A DNA stretch of 64,000 nucleotides from Nitrospira sp. (GCA_019636815.1 JAHBWT010000003.1:8086-72085); one strand, 5' to 3'. Numbered from the stretch's first letter, positions 19,901-29,030 are shown. Notes: generated from the letters alone by a model not told the origin. A program made the numbers and translations.

Positions 19901-20160
19901 CTTTCATCGGCGGCGTGTTGCCGTTGGCGATCGCCAGCGGCGCGGGAGCGGCCAGCCGTCAATCCATCGGAACCGGTGTGTTGGGTGGAATGCTGACCGC
20001 GACATTTCTTGCGATATTTTTTGTCCCGCTGTTCTTCGTGACGGTTCGCAAGGTCGGCGAGCGATGGGCTCCCGTCCGGGAACGACCCGATTTGCCGGGG
20101 ACGCCGCCTGAACGAGTCCGCCAAGGGCACCCCGGGACTTTAGCGGACGGAGAGCATTGA
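16933..20160 (+). CDS. RND efflux permease (AcrB/HAE1 type)
   Basis: GTGA overlap with the MFP stop. SSRFFIERPIFASVISIVIIVIG is the canonical AcrB N-terminus; about 1075 aa. Confidence 0.95.
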   Translation: MSSRFFIERPIFASVISIVIIVIGLVALATLPIAQFPDISPPVVQIEADYPGASAEVAADSVARTIEVQLPGIDNLLYYDSTSTNDGHVSIRLTFEIGTNVDIAQVQTQNRVKLAEPQLPPEVVRQGISVLKFSPDLLVVVAMSSTDPTHDSVFISNYALLRVLDNLKRIRGVGQAVVFGQQNYSMRLVLNPVRMAQLGLTPTDIAAIVREQNRDFPAGQVGREPAPKGTELTIPIMTQGRLTEVSDFENLIVRAMPDGSVIRLKDVARVELGAQSYVMQGRWNGKPNVFLITFLAPGANALDTAKHIRAEMNELAKAFPPGLMYDIPYDTTKFIEVSIKEVLKTLAEAMTLVILVVYLFLQSWRATLIPATAVPVSLIGTFAGMEALGFSINTLTLFGMVLAIGIVVDDAIVVVENVERHMREESVSPREAARRAMAEVTRPVIAIVLVLVSVFVPVAFLGGIIGELYKQFAITIAMAVTISGLVALTLSPALSALVLKPGGEHHETGFFAWFNRFFDWTRERYSRAVDVVIRWRAVSFSVFAVIVVAALGLFRMIPPAFLPDEDQGYFITIVQLPDGASKQRTDEVLQKIERYFLSVPAVHSTDAMSGMNFVFNTRGPNSATMFIPLHHWDERKSGEHVQALVGAAYGEFAKIPEALVLAFNAPPIRGIGATGGFSLQVQDPSGGDFQELAAATQEFVAKAKENPAIAGIGSNFRVTAPRLFARVNRERAKALGVPISEIFDTMQAYFGNFYINDFLKFGRVYRVQTEAEAEFRASPDDIGKVYVRSLSPAVTALGGSGLGGMMIPLDTVVDTEFTSGPDPVTHFNGFNTAWVLGAASPGYSSGQALEALERTAQEVLLPKGYTLEWSGISYQEAKVGGQSGLAFGFGLLMVFLVLAAQFESWTVPLAVILAVPFGAFGAMSAVWLRGMTNDVYFQIGLVTLIGLAAKNAILIVEFANHRRSDGMPLQQAAKEAARLRFRAIIMTSMAFIGGVLPLAIASGAGAASRQSIGTGVLGGMLTATFLAIFFVPLFFVTVRKVGERWAPVRERPDLPGTPPERVRQGHPGTLADGEH

Positions 20161-21590
20161 TGCGGTCTTTTTCGATCTGTCGTTGCATATCACTGCTGGT
20201 ACTCAGCGCAGTGGTGACATCCTGCGCCATGGGCCCGGACTACCAGCGGCCTCAGACCGATGCGGAGGATCGGTTCCGCATGGCGGATGGGCAGTCGGAT
20301 TTGCCCTCGTTGGCTAACTTGCCCTGGTGGGAACTGCTGCGCGACGAGCAGCTTCAACAACTCATTCGTATGGCGCTTGCGGAAAATTACGATCTTCAGC
20401 GTGCTGTCGCGACCATAGAGGAGTTCCGGGCCAGGGCTTTGATCACTCAAACCGACTATTTGCCGCAAATCACGGCCGCAGCGAGCGCACCGGCCGGCCG
20501 CAGCGCCGTGTTCTTGTTTCCCGGATTTGCCAGTCCGTTCAACTATTACTTGTTAGGCAACCTGTCGTGGGAGATGGATTTGTGGGGGCGCGTCCGGCGC
20601 ACGAACGAAGCCGCTCGCGCCGATTTATTGTCGAGGGAGGAGAACCGCCGCGCGGTGACGATTCAGCTGGTCAGCGCAGTGGCTGAAGCCTATTTCAACC
20701 TGCTCCAGTTCGACTTGCAGCTCGATATTGCCGAGCGAACGTTGCAGTCATGGGAAGAGTCGGTGCGGATTGCCCAGGCGCGCCTGCGTCAAGGAATGAC
20801 CTCGAAGCTGGATGCAGATCAATTCGAAGCGGAACGAGCCAATGCCGCGGCACGTACGGCGGAGCTCCATCGGCAGATGGTCCAAGCCGAGAATCACTTG
20901 AGCATATTGCTGGGTCGTAAACCTTTTGCCGTCGCGCGCGGGCGTTCATTGGACCAGCAAATTGTGCCGCCGGACGTGCCCGCCGGTCTACCATCGGAGC
21001 TCCTGCAACGACGACCCGATCTCTTGGCGGCGGAGCAACAGTTGGCGGCTGTGACCGCTCGCATCGGCGCGGCCAAAGCCGAGCGATTCCCCAGAATTAC
21101 ATTGACCGGGTTGGCCGGCTTGGCCCATCCCGAATTGTCCTTGATCTTCACGGAAGCGTCCTCCTTCGGTGTGTTCGGTGCCGGCCTGGCCGCTCCTTTG
21201 CTTAACGCTCAAGTTCTAGGTTTTCAGCAAGAAGCGATAGAGGCGCAAACCAAGCAAGCGGTGGCTCAATACCAACAGGCGGTTTTAACGGCCTTTCGCG
21301 AAGTCGAAGACGCCCTCGTCGCGGTGCAGACAGCTCGCGTCCAGAGCGAATCCCAGCAGCAGCAGGTCACGGCGCTGCAGTCGGCGTTGAAACTCGCGGA
21401 CCTGCGCTATCGAGGAGGGCTGGCCAATTATCTGGATGTCCTTGTCGCCCGAAGAAACCTATTTGAAGCGGAGCTGGCCTTGACCAGTACACGCCGGTTG
21501 CTCTTGGCGTCGGTCGTCCAACTGTACAAAGCGCTGGGTGGTGGATGGACGCCTGACGCGCAATCACCTGAGGTGAGTACGAAAGGGTAG
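20160..21590 (+). CDS. RND efflux outer membrane factor lipoprotein (NodT/OprM family)
   Basis: VVTSCA lipobox; GPDYQRP motif; tandem OEP repeats. Confidence 0.9.
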   Translation: MRSFSICRCISLLVLSAVVTSCAMGPDYQRPQTDAEDRFRMADGQSDLPSLANLPWWELLRDEQLQQLIRMALAENYDLQRAVATIEEFRARALITQTDYLPQITAAASAPAGRSAVFLFPGFASPFNYYLLGNLSWEMDLWGRVRRTNEAARADLLSREENRRAVTIQLVSAVAEAYFNLLQFDLQLDIAERTLQSWEESVRIAQARLRQGMTSKLDADQFEAERANAAARTAELHRQMVQAENHLSILLGRKPFAVARGRSLDQQIVPPDVPAGLPSELLQRRPDLLAAEQQLAAVTARIGAAKAERFPRITLTGLAGLAHPELSLIFTEASSFGVFGAGLAAPLLNAQVLGFQQEAIEAQTKQAVAQYQQAVLTAFREVEDALVAVQTARVQSESQQQQVTALQSALKLADLRYRGGLANYLDVLVARRNLFEAELALTSTRRLLLASVVQLYKALGGGWTPDAQSPEVSTKG

Positions 21591-21595
21591 AGGCT

Positions 21596-22225
21596 GTGGA
21601 AAAACCGGCGCGAACACACTTCCACATTCATGATCTGCTTGCTCGTCGTTGGAGTCCTCGTGCGTTTGATGAGCGGCCGGTCGAGACTGATACGCTGCGG
21701 ACGCTTTTCGAGGCAGCCCGCTGGGCGCCCTCCTCGAATAACGAGCAGCCTTGGCGGTTTATCGTGGCGACTAAGCAGCACCAGACGGACTGGAATCGTT
21801 TGTTTGAGTGTTTGGCGGAGGGCAACAGACGATGGGCCTTCCGCGCACCGGTGCTGGTTCTTTCCATTGCCAGTATGCAGTTTGAAGACGATGGGAAGCC
21901 GAACCGCCATGCCTTTCATGATACTGGGTTGGCGACGGAGAATTTTGTGTTACAAGCGACAGCACAAGGGCTGATCGCCCACCAGATGGCGGGTTTCGAT
22001 GTGGAGAGGGCGCGACTCGATCTCCGGGTCCCGGCAGGCTATGAACCTGTTGCCATGATTGCCGTCGGGTATCCAGGTGATTCCGCACTCCTGCCGGAAC
22101 GGTTGCGAGAGCGGGAACTACGCCCACGGGATCGCCGCCCGATTACAGCATGGACATTTTCTGGGCAATGGGGAACCGATTTCCTTGCCACTGATTTAGT
22201 TCAAGAAGAGGAGTCCAGTCGATGA
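21596..22225 (+). CDS. nitroreductase family protein
   Basis: LLARRWSPRAFDERPV..ARWAPSSNNEQPWRF. Confidence 0.85.
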   Translation: MEKPARTHFHIHDLLARRWSPRAFDERPVETDTLRTLFEAARWAPSSNNEQPWRFIVATKQHQTDWNRLFECLAEGNRRWAFRAPVLVLSIASMQFEDDGKPNRHAFHDTGLATENFVLQATAQGLIAHQMAGFDVERARLDLRVPAGYEPVAMIAVGYPGDSALLPERLRERELRPRDRRPITAWTFSGQWGTDFLATDLVQEEESSR

Positions 22226-22953
22226 AATCGTTGAGCAGTAAAGTGGCGATTGTGACCGGGGCTTCGAGCGGAATCGGTCGAGCCATTGCAGAACGAATAG
22301 CCGAGGAAGGCGCTATCGTTGTGGTGAATTATTCAACAAATTCAGAAAAAGCCCAACAGGTGGTCGTGGGAATCCAAGCGAAAGGGGGCAAGGCCTTGGC
22401 GGTCCAGGCCGACATGAGTCGCGCGGCGGATGCCCGTCGTCTTGTGATCGATACGGTCAAGCAATTCAACCGGCTGGATATTCTGGTCAACAATGCGGGC
22501 AAGTTCATGCCAAAACCGCTTGAGGAGACTACGGAGGAGGACTTTGATAGTGTAATTGACCTCAATGCCAAGGGGCCCTACTTCGCCATGCAAGAGGCGG
22601 CAAGAGTGTTGAAAGACGGTGGGCGTATCGTGAATATCTCGACGGGCGGGACACATCTGAGCTTTCCGGGAGCCACAGCCTATCTCGGCAGCAAGGCGGC
22701 GCTTGAGCAGTATACCAAGGGTTTGGCCCAAGAATTGGCTCCCAAGGGAGTTACGGTCAATACCGTTTCACCGGGTTTCACCGAAACGGGGATGATGACG
22801 GAAGAGTACCGGCAAATCGGCATTCAGCTGTCGCCGATGAAGCGGCTCGGAGTTCCTAAGGACATAGCTGATGTCGTCGTGTTCGTGGTGAGCGAGGGTG
22901 CCCGGTGGTTGACGGGGCAGACGATCCAAGTCGGCGGCGGGATTGTCATGTAG
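22222..22953 (+). CDS. SDR family oxidoreductase (FabG-like)
   Basis: TGASSGIGRAIA, NNAG, and YxxxK (YLGSKAAL). Confidence 0.9.
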   Translation: MKSLSSKVAIVTGASSGIGRAIAERIAEEGAIVVVNYSTNSEKAQQVVVGIQAKGGKALAVQADMSRAADARRLVIDTVKQFNRLDILVNNAGKFMPKPLEETTEEDFDSVIDLNAKGPYFAMQEAARVLKDGGRIVNISTGGTHLSFPGATAYLGSKAALEQYTKGLAQELAPKGVTVNTVSPGFTETGMMTEEYRQIGIQLSPMKRLGVPKDIADVVVFVVSEGARWLTGQTIQVGGGIVM

Positions 22954-23171
22954 CAGGATGTTGAAACGGCCGCCAGCGTCGTCTCGCGTCGCTCAGAGGC
23001 TCAACGTACAGGACAGAGTACGCCTCGCGGGGGGCACTGCCGTCTCGACGGCGCGCACAGACGTGACGCTCTTTCCTCATCGCGCCGTGCGCCTCTCCGC
23101 GGCCTTGCTCGGTGAAAGGCGAGTCTTGGCGAGCGGGGGTGGGTGATAGCAGTGCCTGTTTGAACATCCTG
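22954..23171. repeat. structured intergenic repeat, copy B (TIR CAGGATGTTGAAAC / GTTTGAACATCCTG)
   Basis: Starts directly after the TAG stop of the SDR gene and ends at the NmrA RBS. Shows collinear similarity to 51153..51277. Confidence 0.5.
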
Positions 23172-23186
23172 CAGGAGGGAGTGATC

Positions 23187-24137
23187 ATGGCTGAAAGGAA
23201 AATCATTGCCGTTGTGGGCGCGACCGGGGCGCAAGGTGGTGGGCTCGTGCGAGCAATCGTCAATAATCCGGGGAACGAATTCATGGTTCGCGCATTAACC
23301 AGAGACCTGAATTCTGACAAAGCGATGGCACTCAAGAAACTCGGTGCAGAAGTCGTATCGGCCGATTTGGACGATAAAGTCAGTCTCAAACGAGCATTTG
23401 CAGGCGCGTATGGCGTCTTCTGTCTGACCAATTTCTGGGAACACTTTTCTCCAGAAAAGGAATATGCGCAAGCGAAGAATCAGGCCGAGGCAGCCAAGGA
23501 AACAGGGGTGCACCATGTCATCTGGTCTACGCTTGAGGATACGCGACGATGGGTTCCACTCTCAGACAACCGTATGCCGACATTGATGGGCCGGTACAAG
23601 GTTCCGCACTTTGACTCCAAAGGCGAAGCGGATCAGGAGTTCAGCAAGTTGAATCTTCCCGTCACGTTTCTCCTGACCTCGTTTTACTGGGACAATATGA
23701 TCTTCTTCGGCATGGGACCGAAGAAAGGACCGGATGGAGGACTTCTTTTCGTGTTGCCGATGGCCGACAAGAAGTTGCCTGGCATTGCGGTCGAAGATAT
23801 AGGAAAATGCGCCTTCGGCATTTTCAAGAGAGGGAAGGAATACATCGGGAAACGCGTGGGCATAGCTGGTGAACATCTCACCGGCACGGAAATGGCTGCC
23901 GCGCTGACGAAAGCCATGGGACAACCGGTGCGCTACAATGCCGTGACACCCGAGCAGTATCGCGGGTTCGGTTTCCAGGGTGCGGATGATCTTGGAAACA
24001 TGTTTCAGTTCAAGCAAGAGTTCAATGATGAGTTCTGCCGTCCACGCGATCTGGCACATTCAAAAAGCCTCAATCCGGAACTTCAGTCATTTGAAGCTTG
24101 GCTGGCGAAGAATAAGGGCCGCATTCCCATAACCTGA
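23187..24137 (+). CDS. NmrA family NAD(P)-binding protein
   Basis: GGAGGGA RBS; IIAVVGATGAQGGGLVRAI Rossmann motif. Confidence 0.85.
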   Translation: MAERKIIAVVGATGAQGGGLVRAIVNNPGNEFMVRALTRDLNSDKAMALKKLGAEVVSADLDDKVSLKRAFAGAYGVFCLTNFWEHFSPEKEYAQAKNQAEAAKETGVHHVIWSTLEDTRRWVPLSDNRMPTLMGRYKVPHFDSKGEADQEFSKLNLPVTFLLTSFYWDNMIFFGMGPKKGPDGGLLFVLPMADKKLPGIAVEDIGKCAFGIFKRGKEYIGKRVGIAGEHLTGTEMAAALTKAMGQPVRYNAVTPEQYRGFGFQGADDLGNMFQFKQEFNDEFCRPRDLAHSKSLNPELQSFEAWLAKNKGRIPIT

Positions 24138-24743
24138 TGCATGACGTCGATGGCGAGCCGATCGACCATCTTTCCAAGGTCGATCTGGTGATGCGGCGAT
24201 TAATCCAGGAAATCGGTCCCGTTGCGTTCAAGCCGAAGGTGCGCCGCTCGCCATTCGAATCGCTCGCCCGCCTACCGACAACTTCACGCCAGAGCAGCCG
24301 GGGGTATCCTTCAGCGGTTCGTAGCGCTTTTCCCCGGGCGGAGATTTCCCCCTCCGATGAACTGTTGGCTATGCGTGTGGGATCGATCAGGAAAACGGGC
24401 TTTTCACGACCAAAAATCACGGCGCTTCGCGACTTGGCTTTCAACGCACTCGATGGTACGGTACCGAAAGATCGCATCATCAAGGAGCTGGCTAACCGGT
24501 CGATTGTCAGGCGGCTCATCGAAGTCCGAGGCATTGGACGGTGGAGATGTTACTGATCTTTCAGTTGGGGCGCGCCGATGTATTACCGGTCGATGACTTC
24601 GGCCTACGGAACGGCTTTCGTATCGCGCACCGAGGGGCGGGAATGCCTACACCGAGGCAAATGCTTCAGTATGGGGAAAGATGGAGCCGTTTCGTACGGC
24701 CGCTGCCTGGTATCCCTGGCGGGTGGCTGATCGAGAACAGTGA
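24137..24743 (+). pseudogene. DNA-3-methyladenine glycosylase II (AlkA C-terminal HhH-GPD) pseudogene
   Basis: Family-like segments are spread over three frames: PFESLAR / ILQRFVALFPG / SDELLAM..RKTGFSRPKITALRDLA..VRGIGRW / VEMLLIFQLGRADVLPVDDFGLRNG..ERW / PFRTAAAWYPWR. This implies about 4 frameshifts, near 24270, 24350, 24540 and 24684. Confidence 0.6.
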
Positions 24744-24760
24744 GGTATGAAGGTGCTTTG

Positions 24761-25642
24761 ATGGCCGATCCTAACAAACGGCTCGACTCCAACGTCCCGG
24801 GCAATTTTTACGTGGATGCAACCTGCATCAATTGCGACACCTGTCGGCAGTTGGCGCCACTCAGCTTCGAAGAGATTGGAGACTATTCTGCGGTCAGTTG
24901 CCAGCCGGACGGTGAAGAGCAGGTTCGTCACGCCTACCAGGCGTTGCTTGCGTGTCCTGTCGGGTCCATTGGCACGGAGCACGGCGACAAGTCGCGGCTG
25001 CAAGCGGCGATGGCGAGTTTTCCGCTCCATCTTGAAAACGGAGTGAGTTATTGCGGCTTCAATTCGGAGAAATCGTTCGGAGCGAATAGTTTCTTCATCG
25101 AGCACTCTGATGGCAACTGGCTGATCGACTCTCCCCGCTATCTCAAGCATCTGATCGAGGTCTTTGAGAAGCGAGGGGGCATAGCCCATATCTTTCTCAC
25201 GCACAAAGATGATGTGGCCGACGCAGACAAGTACGCTGCGCATTTCGGAGCGGAGCGAATCATCCATCGGGCAGATGCGGATGCTGTCTCGATTGCGGAA
25301 CGGATTGTTGATGGGGAAGAGACGCTCCAGGTCGGATCAGAGTTCCAAATCATTCCCGTGCCGGGTCACACAGCCGGGAGTATGGCGCTGCTCTATAGGG
25401 AGCGCTTTCTCTTTACGGGGGATCATCTTTGGTGGGATCCGCACACAAAGTCGTTGGAGGCCCCCACTCGTCGGATCTGGAGAAAATGGACGTTGCTCGA
25501 CTCTATCCGCAAACTCCTCGACTACCATTTTGAGTGGGTGCTCGCCGGACACGGGGATCGGGTTCATCTCTCCTCGGCTGAAATACGAGTGCAACTTCTG
25601 GCATTGGTCGAGCGTCGCGAAAAGAGCCGTGTCTTGCGCTAG
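24761..25642 (+). CDS. MBL-fold metallo-hydrolase with N-terminal ferredoxin-like Cys cluster
   Basis: FYVDATCINCDTCRQLAP..ACPVGSI, then HKDDVADA and PGHTAGS MBL motifs. Confidence 0.85.
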   Translation: MADPNKRLDSNVPGNFYVDATCINCDTCRQLAPLSFEEIGDYSAVSCQPDGEEQVRHAYQALLACPVGSIGTEHGDKSRLQAAMASFPLHLENGVSYCGFNSEKSFGANSFFIEHSDGNWLIDSPRYLKHLIEVFEKRGGIAHIFLTHKDDVADADKYAAHFGAERIIHRADADAVSIAERIVDGEETLQVGSEFQIIPVPGHTAGSMALLYRERFLFTGDHLWWDPHTKSLEAPTRRIWRKWTLLDSIRKLLDYHFEWVLAGHGDRVHLSSAEIRVQLLALVERREKSRVLR

Positions 25643-25644
25643 CG

Positions 25645-27279
25645 ATGCTCACATTCGTCACACAGTGGATTGATCGCAACATTCTCTCGCTTGGCCGTGA
25701 GATGCGGCTGTCCTATCTGCCGCCGCTCATGGTCTATGTGGCCTACGGCATCTCGGGCCTGACCGGTATCGTCGGGACGTTCTTCGTCAAGGACTACCTC
25801 GGCCTCTCCGCCGCCTTTCTGGCCGCGCTTGGCTTTTGGGCCGGGATTCCCTGGGCCCTGAAGATGCCGATCGGCCATACGGTCGATCTTCTGTGGCGAT
25901 GGAAGAGCTGGCTCGTAGGGGTGGGCGCAGGGCTGCTGGCTCTCAGTCTCGGCATCATGGCCCTGCTGATCGGCGACCGCGAAACCATGACGGCTATCTT
26001 GCCGGCCGAAGTCTGGTACGTTCTCAGCGTGCTATTGGCCCCAATTGGATATGTGGTGCAGGATGCGGTTGCCGATGCCATGACAGTCGAAGCCGTTCCT
26101 CGTGTCGACGATCAAGGCCGGCCATTCGATGACCAGACGAGAAAGCTGATGCATACCACGATGCAGACACTCGGTCGCATCGCGATTGTCGGCGGTGGCA
26201 TCCTTGTGGCGCTCATCAACGTATATGTTTTCACTGGAACCGAAGGGTTGCCTCAGGCTGATCTCGTTCGGCTCTACCAGCGAATCTATCTCCTGGCGAT
26301 GGTCATCCCCGTGGTGTCGGTGCTGGGTGTCGGATTGGCATGGTGGCTGAACCGTCAAAAGAGACAGCGGCTTGTCCAACAGGGATTTACCCAGGATCAG
26401 GCCCGGCACATGGTGAACGTTCGAGATACCGAGAATGAGTCGACAAAACCAAACTGGTGGATCCTCGGTGGAAGTTCGGCTTTTGTTCTCTTCACGTTGA
26501 CTGTCGGGCTGGGAGGATTCCCATACCGAGAAGAGATCGTGTTCACAGGTTCCATGGCCATCGTCTTGTTCCTGATGTCGAGACTCGTACGAGAACTGGA
26601 GCCGGACAAGAGGCTCACTCTGGTCGGCACGGCGGCGGTGATCTTTGCGCTACGCGCGATTCCAGGACCTGGCCCAGGTTCGACCTGGTGGATGATCGAC
26701 GACTTACAATTCGATCAGCAGTTCCTTTCAGTCCTATCCTTGATCGGCGGCACCGTAGCGTTGGCCGGCATGTTCGTCTTTCGACGCTTTATGGCGGAAC
26801 GCTCGATCACGTACATCGTCGGATTCTTGACCGTTGTCGGAACGATTCTCTCTCTTCCGATCGTCGGGATGTTTTATGGGCTGCATGAATGGACGGCGAA
26901 GGTGACCGGTGGGGTGGTCGACGCCCGCTTTATTGCCTTGATCGACACGGCATTGGAGTCGCCGCTCGCGCAGATTTCCATGATTCCGATGCTGGCCTGG
27001 ATTGCCAATTCGGCTCCGGCTAGTCTCAAAGCGACCTTTTTTGCCGTGATGGCGTCGTTTACCAACCTCGCGCTTTCCTTGAGCCAGCTCGGAACCAAGT
27101 ATCTGAACCAAATCTTTGTGGTGACCAGGGAGGTGAAGGACCAAGCGAGCGGCGCCATTCAGATACCGGCCGATTACGGTCAGCTCGGCGATCTTCTCAT
27201 CACACAACTGGTGATCGGCCTGGCCCTTCCGTTCTCCGCCATCCTATTTGCGAAGCTCACGAAATTTAAGAGCGCGTGA
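25645..27279 (+). CDS. BT1 (folate-biopterin transporter)-like MFS membrane protein
   Basis: 544 aa, polytopic; VKDYLGLSAAFLAALGFWAGIPWALKMPIGHTVD resembles the BT1 family N-terminal signature. Confidence 0.65.
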   Translation: MLTFVTQWIDRNILSLGREMRLSYLPPLMVYVAYGISGLTGIVGTFFVKDYLGLSAAFLAALGFWAGIPWALKMPIGHTVDLLWRWKSWLVGVGAGLLALSLGIMALLIGDRETMTAILPAEVWYVLSVLLAPIGYVVQDAVADAMTVEAVPRVDDQGRPFDDQTRKLMHTTMQTLGRIAIVGGGILVALINVYVFTGTEGLPQADLVRLYQRIYLLAMVIPVVSVLGVGLAWWLNRQKRQRLVQQGFTQDQARHMVNVRDTENESTKPNWWILGGSSAFVLFTLTVGLGGFPYREEIVFTGSMAIVLFLMSRLVRELEPDKRLTLVGTAAVIFALRAIPGPGPGSTWWMIDDLQFDQQFLSVLSLIGGTVALAGMFVFRRFMAERSITYIVGFLTVVGTILSLPIVGMFYGLHEWTAKVTGGVVDARFIALIDTALESPLAQISMIPMLAWIANSAPASLKATFFAVMASFTNLALSLSQLGTKYLNQIFVVTREVKDQASGAIQIPADYGQLGDLLITQLVIGLALPFSAILFAKLTKFKSA

Positions 27280-27319
27280 CGGTTGTGCTGAGACTGCGGG
27301 AAAGAAGCCAAGGAGATAC

Positions 27320-27631
27320 TCATCGCTCTGCCGATTCCACCGCCCAAGCGACTAATTGCTCGGTATCTTCCAGAATATCAATAGGGACTTCACAGAAGGA
27401 CTTCAGTATCTGCTTGGGATTTGGGCGAAACGGTTTCATGCTCTGATTTTTGTAGCGTTCGACCGTCCGCGGGGTCACTTTGAAATACAACCGACCCTTG
27501 TGAATGATGCCGAAAAAAGCGGTGCGCTGATAGAGCCCGTAACCGCCGAACATCGCGCGGCATGTCAGTCCCCTGAGATCGGTGAGTTGATCCAGCACGA
27601 AGTCCTTGAAGCCGTCGTGCTCGGTCGGCAT
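27320..27631 (-). CDS. TfoX N-terminal domain protein
   Basis: CRAMFGGYGLYQRTAFFGIIHKGRLYFKV. Confidence 0.8.
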   Translation of the reverse strand: MPTEHDGFKDFVLDQLTDLRGLTCRAMFGGYGLYQRTAFFGIIHKGRLYFKVTPRTVERYKNQSMKPFRPNPKQILKSFCEVPIDILEDTEQLVAWAVESAER

Positions 27632-27637
27632 GAAGTC

Positions 27638-28495
27638 TTAAGTGGGCTTGCGCGCCGTGACCATGCGCACGGCGATCGGCAAGGCGACGATCGAGCCTTT
27701 CCTGTATTGCTCGGCCGCTTCAATGATGCGCTGCTTGGCTTCTTTCTGTTGAGTCGAACTCAACCCGGCCCATAGATTTTGAATCGGTGCGGCAATGTCC
27801 AGGAGGCTGGAAACGTAATGATCAGCCGATGGAAATCTGACATCACCGAGAAATTCTTCGTCGGAAATATCCGCAAATCCGGCTTGCTGCAGCATAGCGG
27901 CAAGCTCACCGGGTTTCGCGAGGCGGAAAATCCCAGGAGCCGACGGATCTGGCGGGGGAAGTTCCATGAATTGCTTGATGATGTCGATGGGAATCTTGAG
28001 GTAAGGGTTCTTGTCCGGTGCAGACCAGACTGCTGCGGCTACCCATGTGTCTTGTTTAAGGACACGTGCGATCTCGGCCACGGCCTTTGGAATCTCCGGT
28101 AGGAACATCAAACAAAACCTGGTAATGACTGCGTCGAACGAGGCTGGCTCAAACGGCAAGATCGTCACATCGCCCGTTCGGAATGTGACGTTGGAAAGCT
28201 TCAGCAAAGCCGCCTTGCGCGTGGCCGCTTCGAGCATCTGATCAGCCAGGTCGATCCCGATCACGCTGCCGCTCACTCCGACCGCCTGAGCTGTGAGCAG
28301 GGCCGGATAACCGGTGCCTGATCCAAGGTCCAACACGCGAAGGCCGGCGCGCAGCCGAGCATCGCCGACAAGCCGATGATTGAGGAAGGCCATCTGCTCG
28401 TCGAAGAAGCGATCCCATTTCTCCCAGCCGCCGGCGACGCGATTCCAATCCTGGCGCTGGCCTTCGATGATTTGCTCGGGCGATAGGGATGCCAC
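27638..28495 (-). CDS. class I SAM-dependent methyltransferase
   Basis: VLDLGSGTGYPAL motif I. The start is probably the GTG at 28495, because the upstream gene ends at 28501. Confidence 0.8.
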   Translation of the reverse strand: MASLSPEQIIEGQRQDWNRVAGGWEKWDRFFDEQMAFLNHRLVGDARLRAGLRVLDLGSGTGYPALLTAQAVGVSGSVIGIDLADQMLEAATRKAALLKLSNVTFRTGDVTILPFEPASFDAVITRFCLMFLPEIPKAVAEIARVLKQDTWVAAAVWSAPDKNPYLKIPIDIIKQFMELPPPDPSAPGIFRLAKPGELAAMLQQAGFADISDEEFLGDVRFPSADHYVSSLLDIAAPIQNLWAGLSSTQQKEAKQRIIEAAEQYRKGSIVALPIAVRMVTARKPT

Positions 28496-28500
28496 AACAT

Positions 28501-28935
28501 TTACCTTAAGGTCTGTAATGTCTCGCGTAGCTCCGCGAGTTCGGAGACGAAGAGGTCCAGGTGTTGATCTCGCTGTGGCTGATCGTCTTTGAACTTCCAC
28601 AGGCGCTTGAAAATGGTCTTGAGTTCTTTATTGTGTGTTACGGCCAATGCATAGGTGGGCTGTTCTCTCACGGATTTCTCGATGCAGCAGATGCTGTCAC
28701 TGATGGCGTGAAACTGATTGTGGAGATCGTCGAAAGATTGATCGACCCCTTTACCCCCTTTGGCGGCAATGGCCGAAGCTTCCGCCATGTTGGTGAGGTT
28801 AATGACCGTCTCGAGACCCGTTGTCCCCTTTGCTTTTTCCGTAAATTCCTTGGCGTGGGGATAAAACAAGTAACTGCAGCCGGTCGTGCTTAGCAGGAGA
28901 AGCGCTGCTAGTAGGAAGAGCGTCTTCAAGTCCAT
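28501..28935 (-). CDS. hypothetical lipoprotein
   Basis: Signal peptide with lipobox LLLLSTTGC; no family recognised. Confidence 0.6.
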   Translation of the reverse strand: MDLKTLFLLAALLLLSTTGCSYLFYPHAKEFTEKAKGTTGLETVINLTNMAEASAIAAKGGKGVDQSFDDLHNQFHAISDSICCIEKSVREQPTYALAVTHNKELKTIFKRLWKFKDDQPQRDQHLDLFVSELAELRETLQTLR

Positions 28936-29030
28936 ATACCCTCCTTAGTGAGTCTAAAACGTTGCTTCGTGGTGATTCGTCGAGCCTTCCCCTGTGCGGG
29001 AGGAGGCCCCAATCCGCACATTTCTGGTGC

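Noticed and set aside
22954-22967. The GTTGAAAC end motif as a hint of a CRISPR repeat.
   Set aside because: There is no array of regularly spaced direct repeats and no cas genes anywhere in the window. The motif is part of an inverted-repeat terminus.
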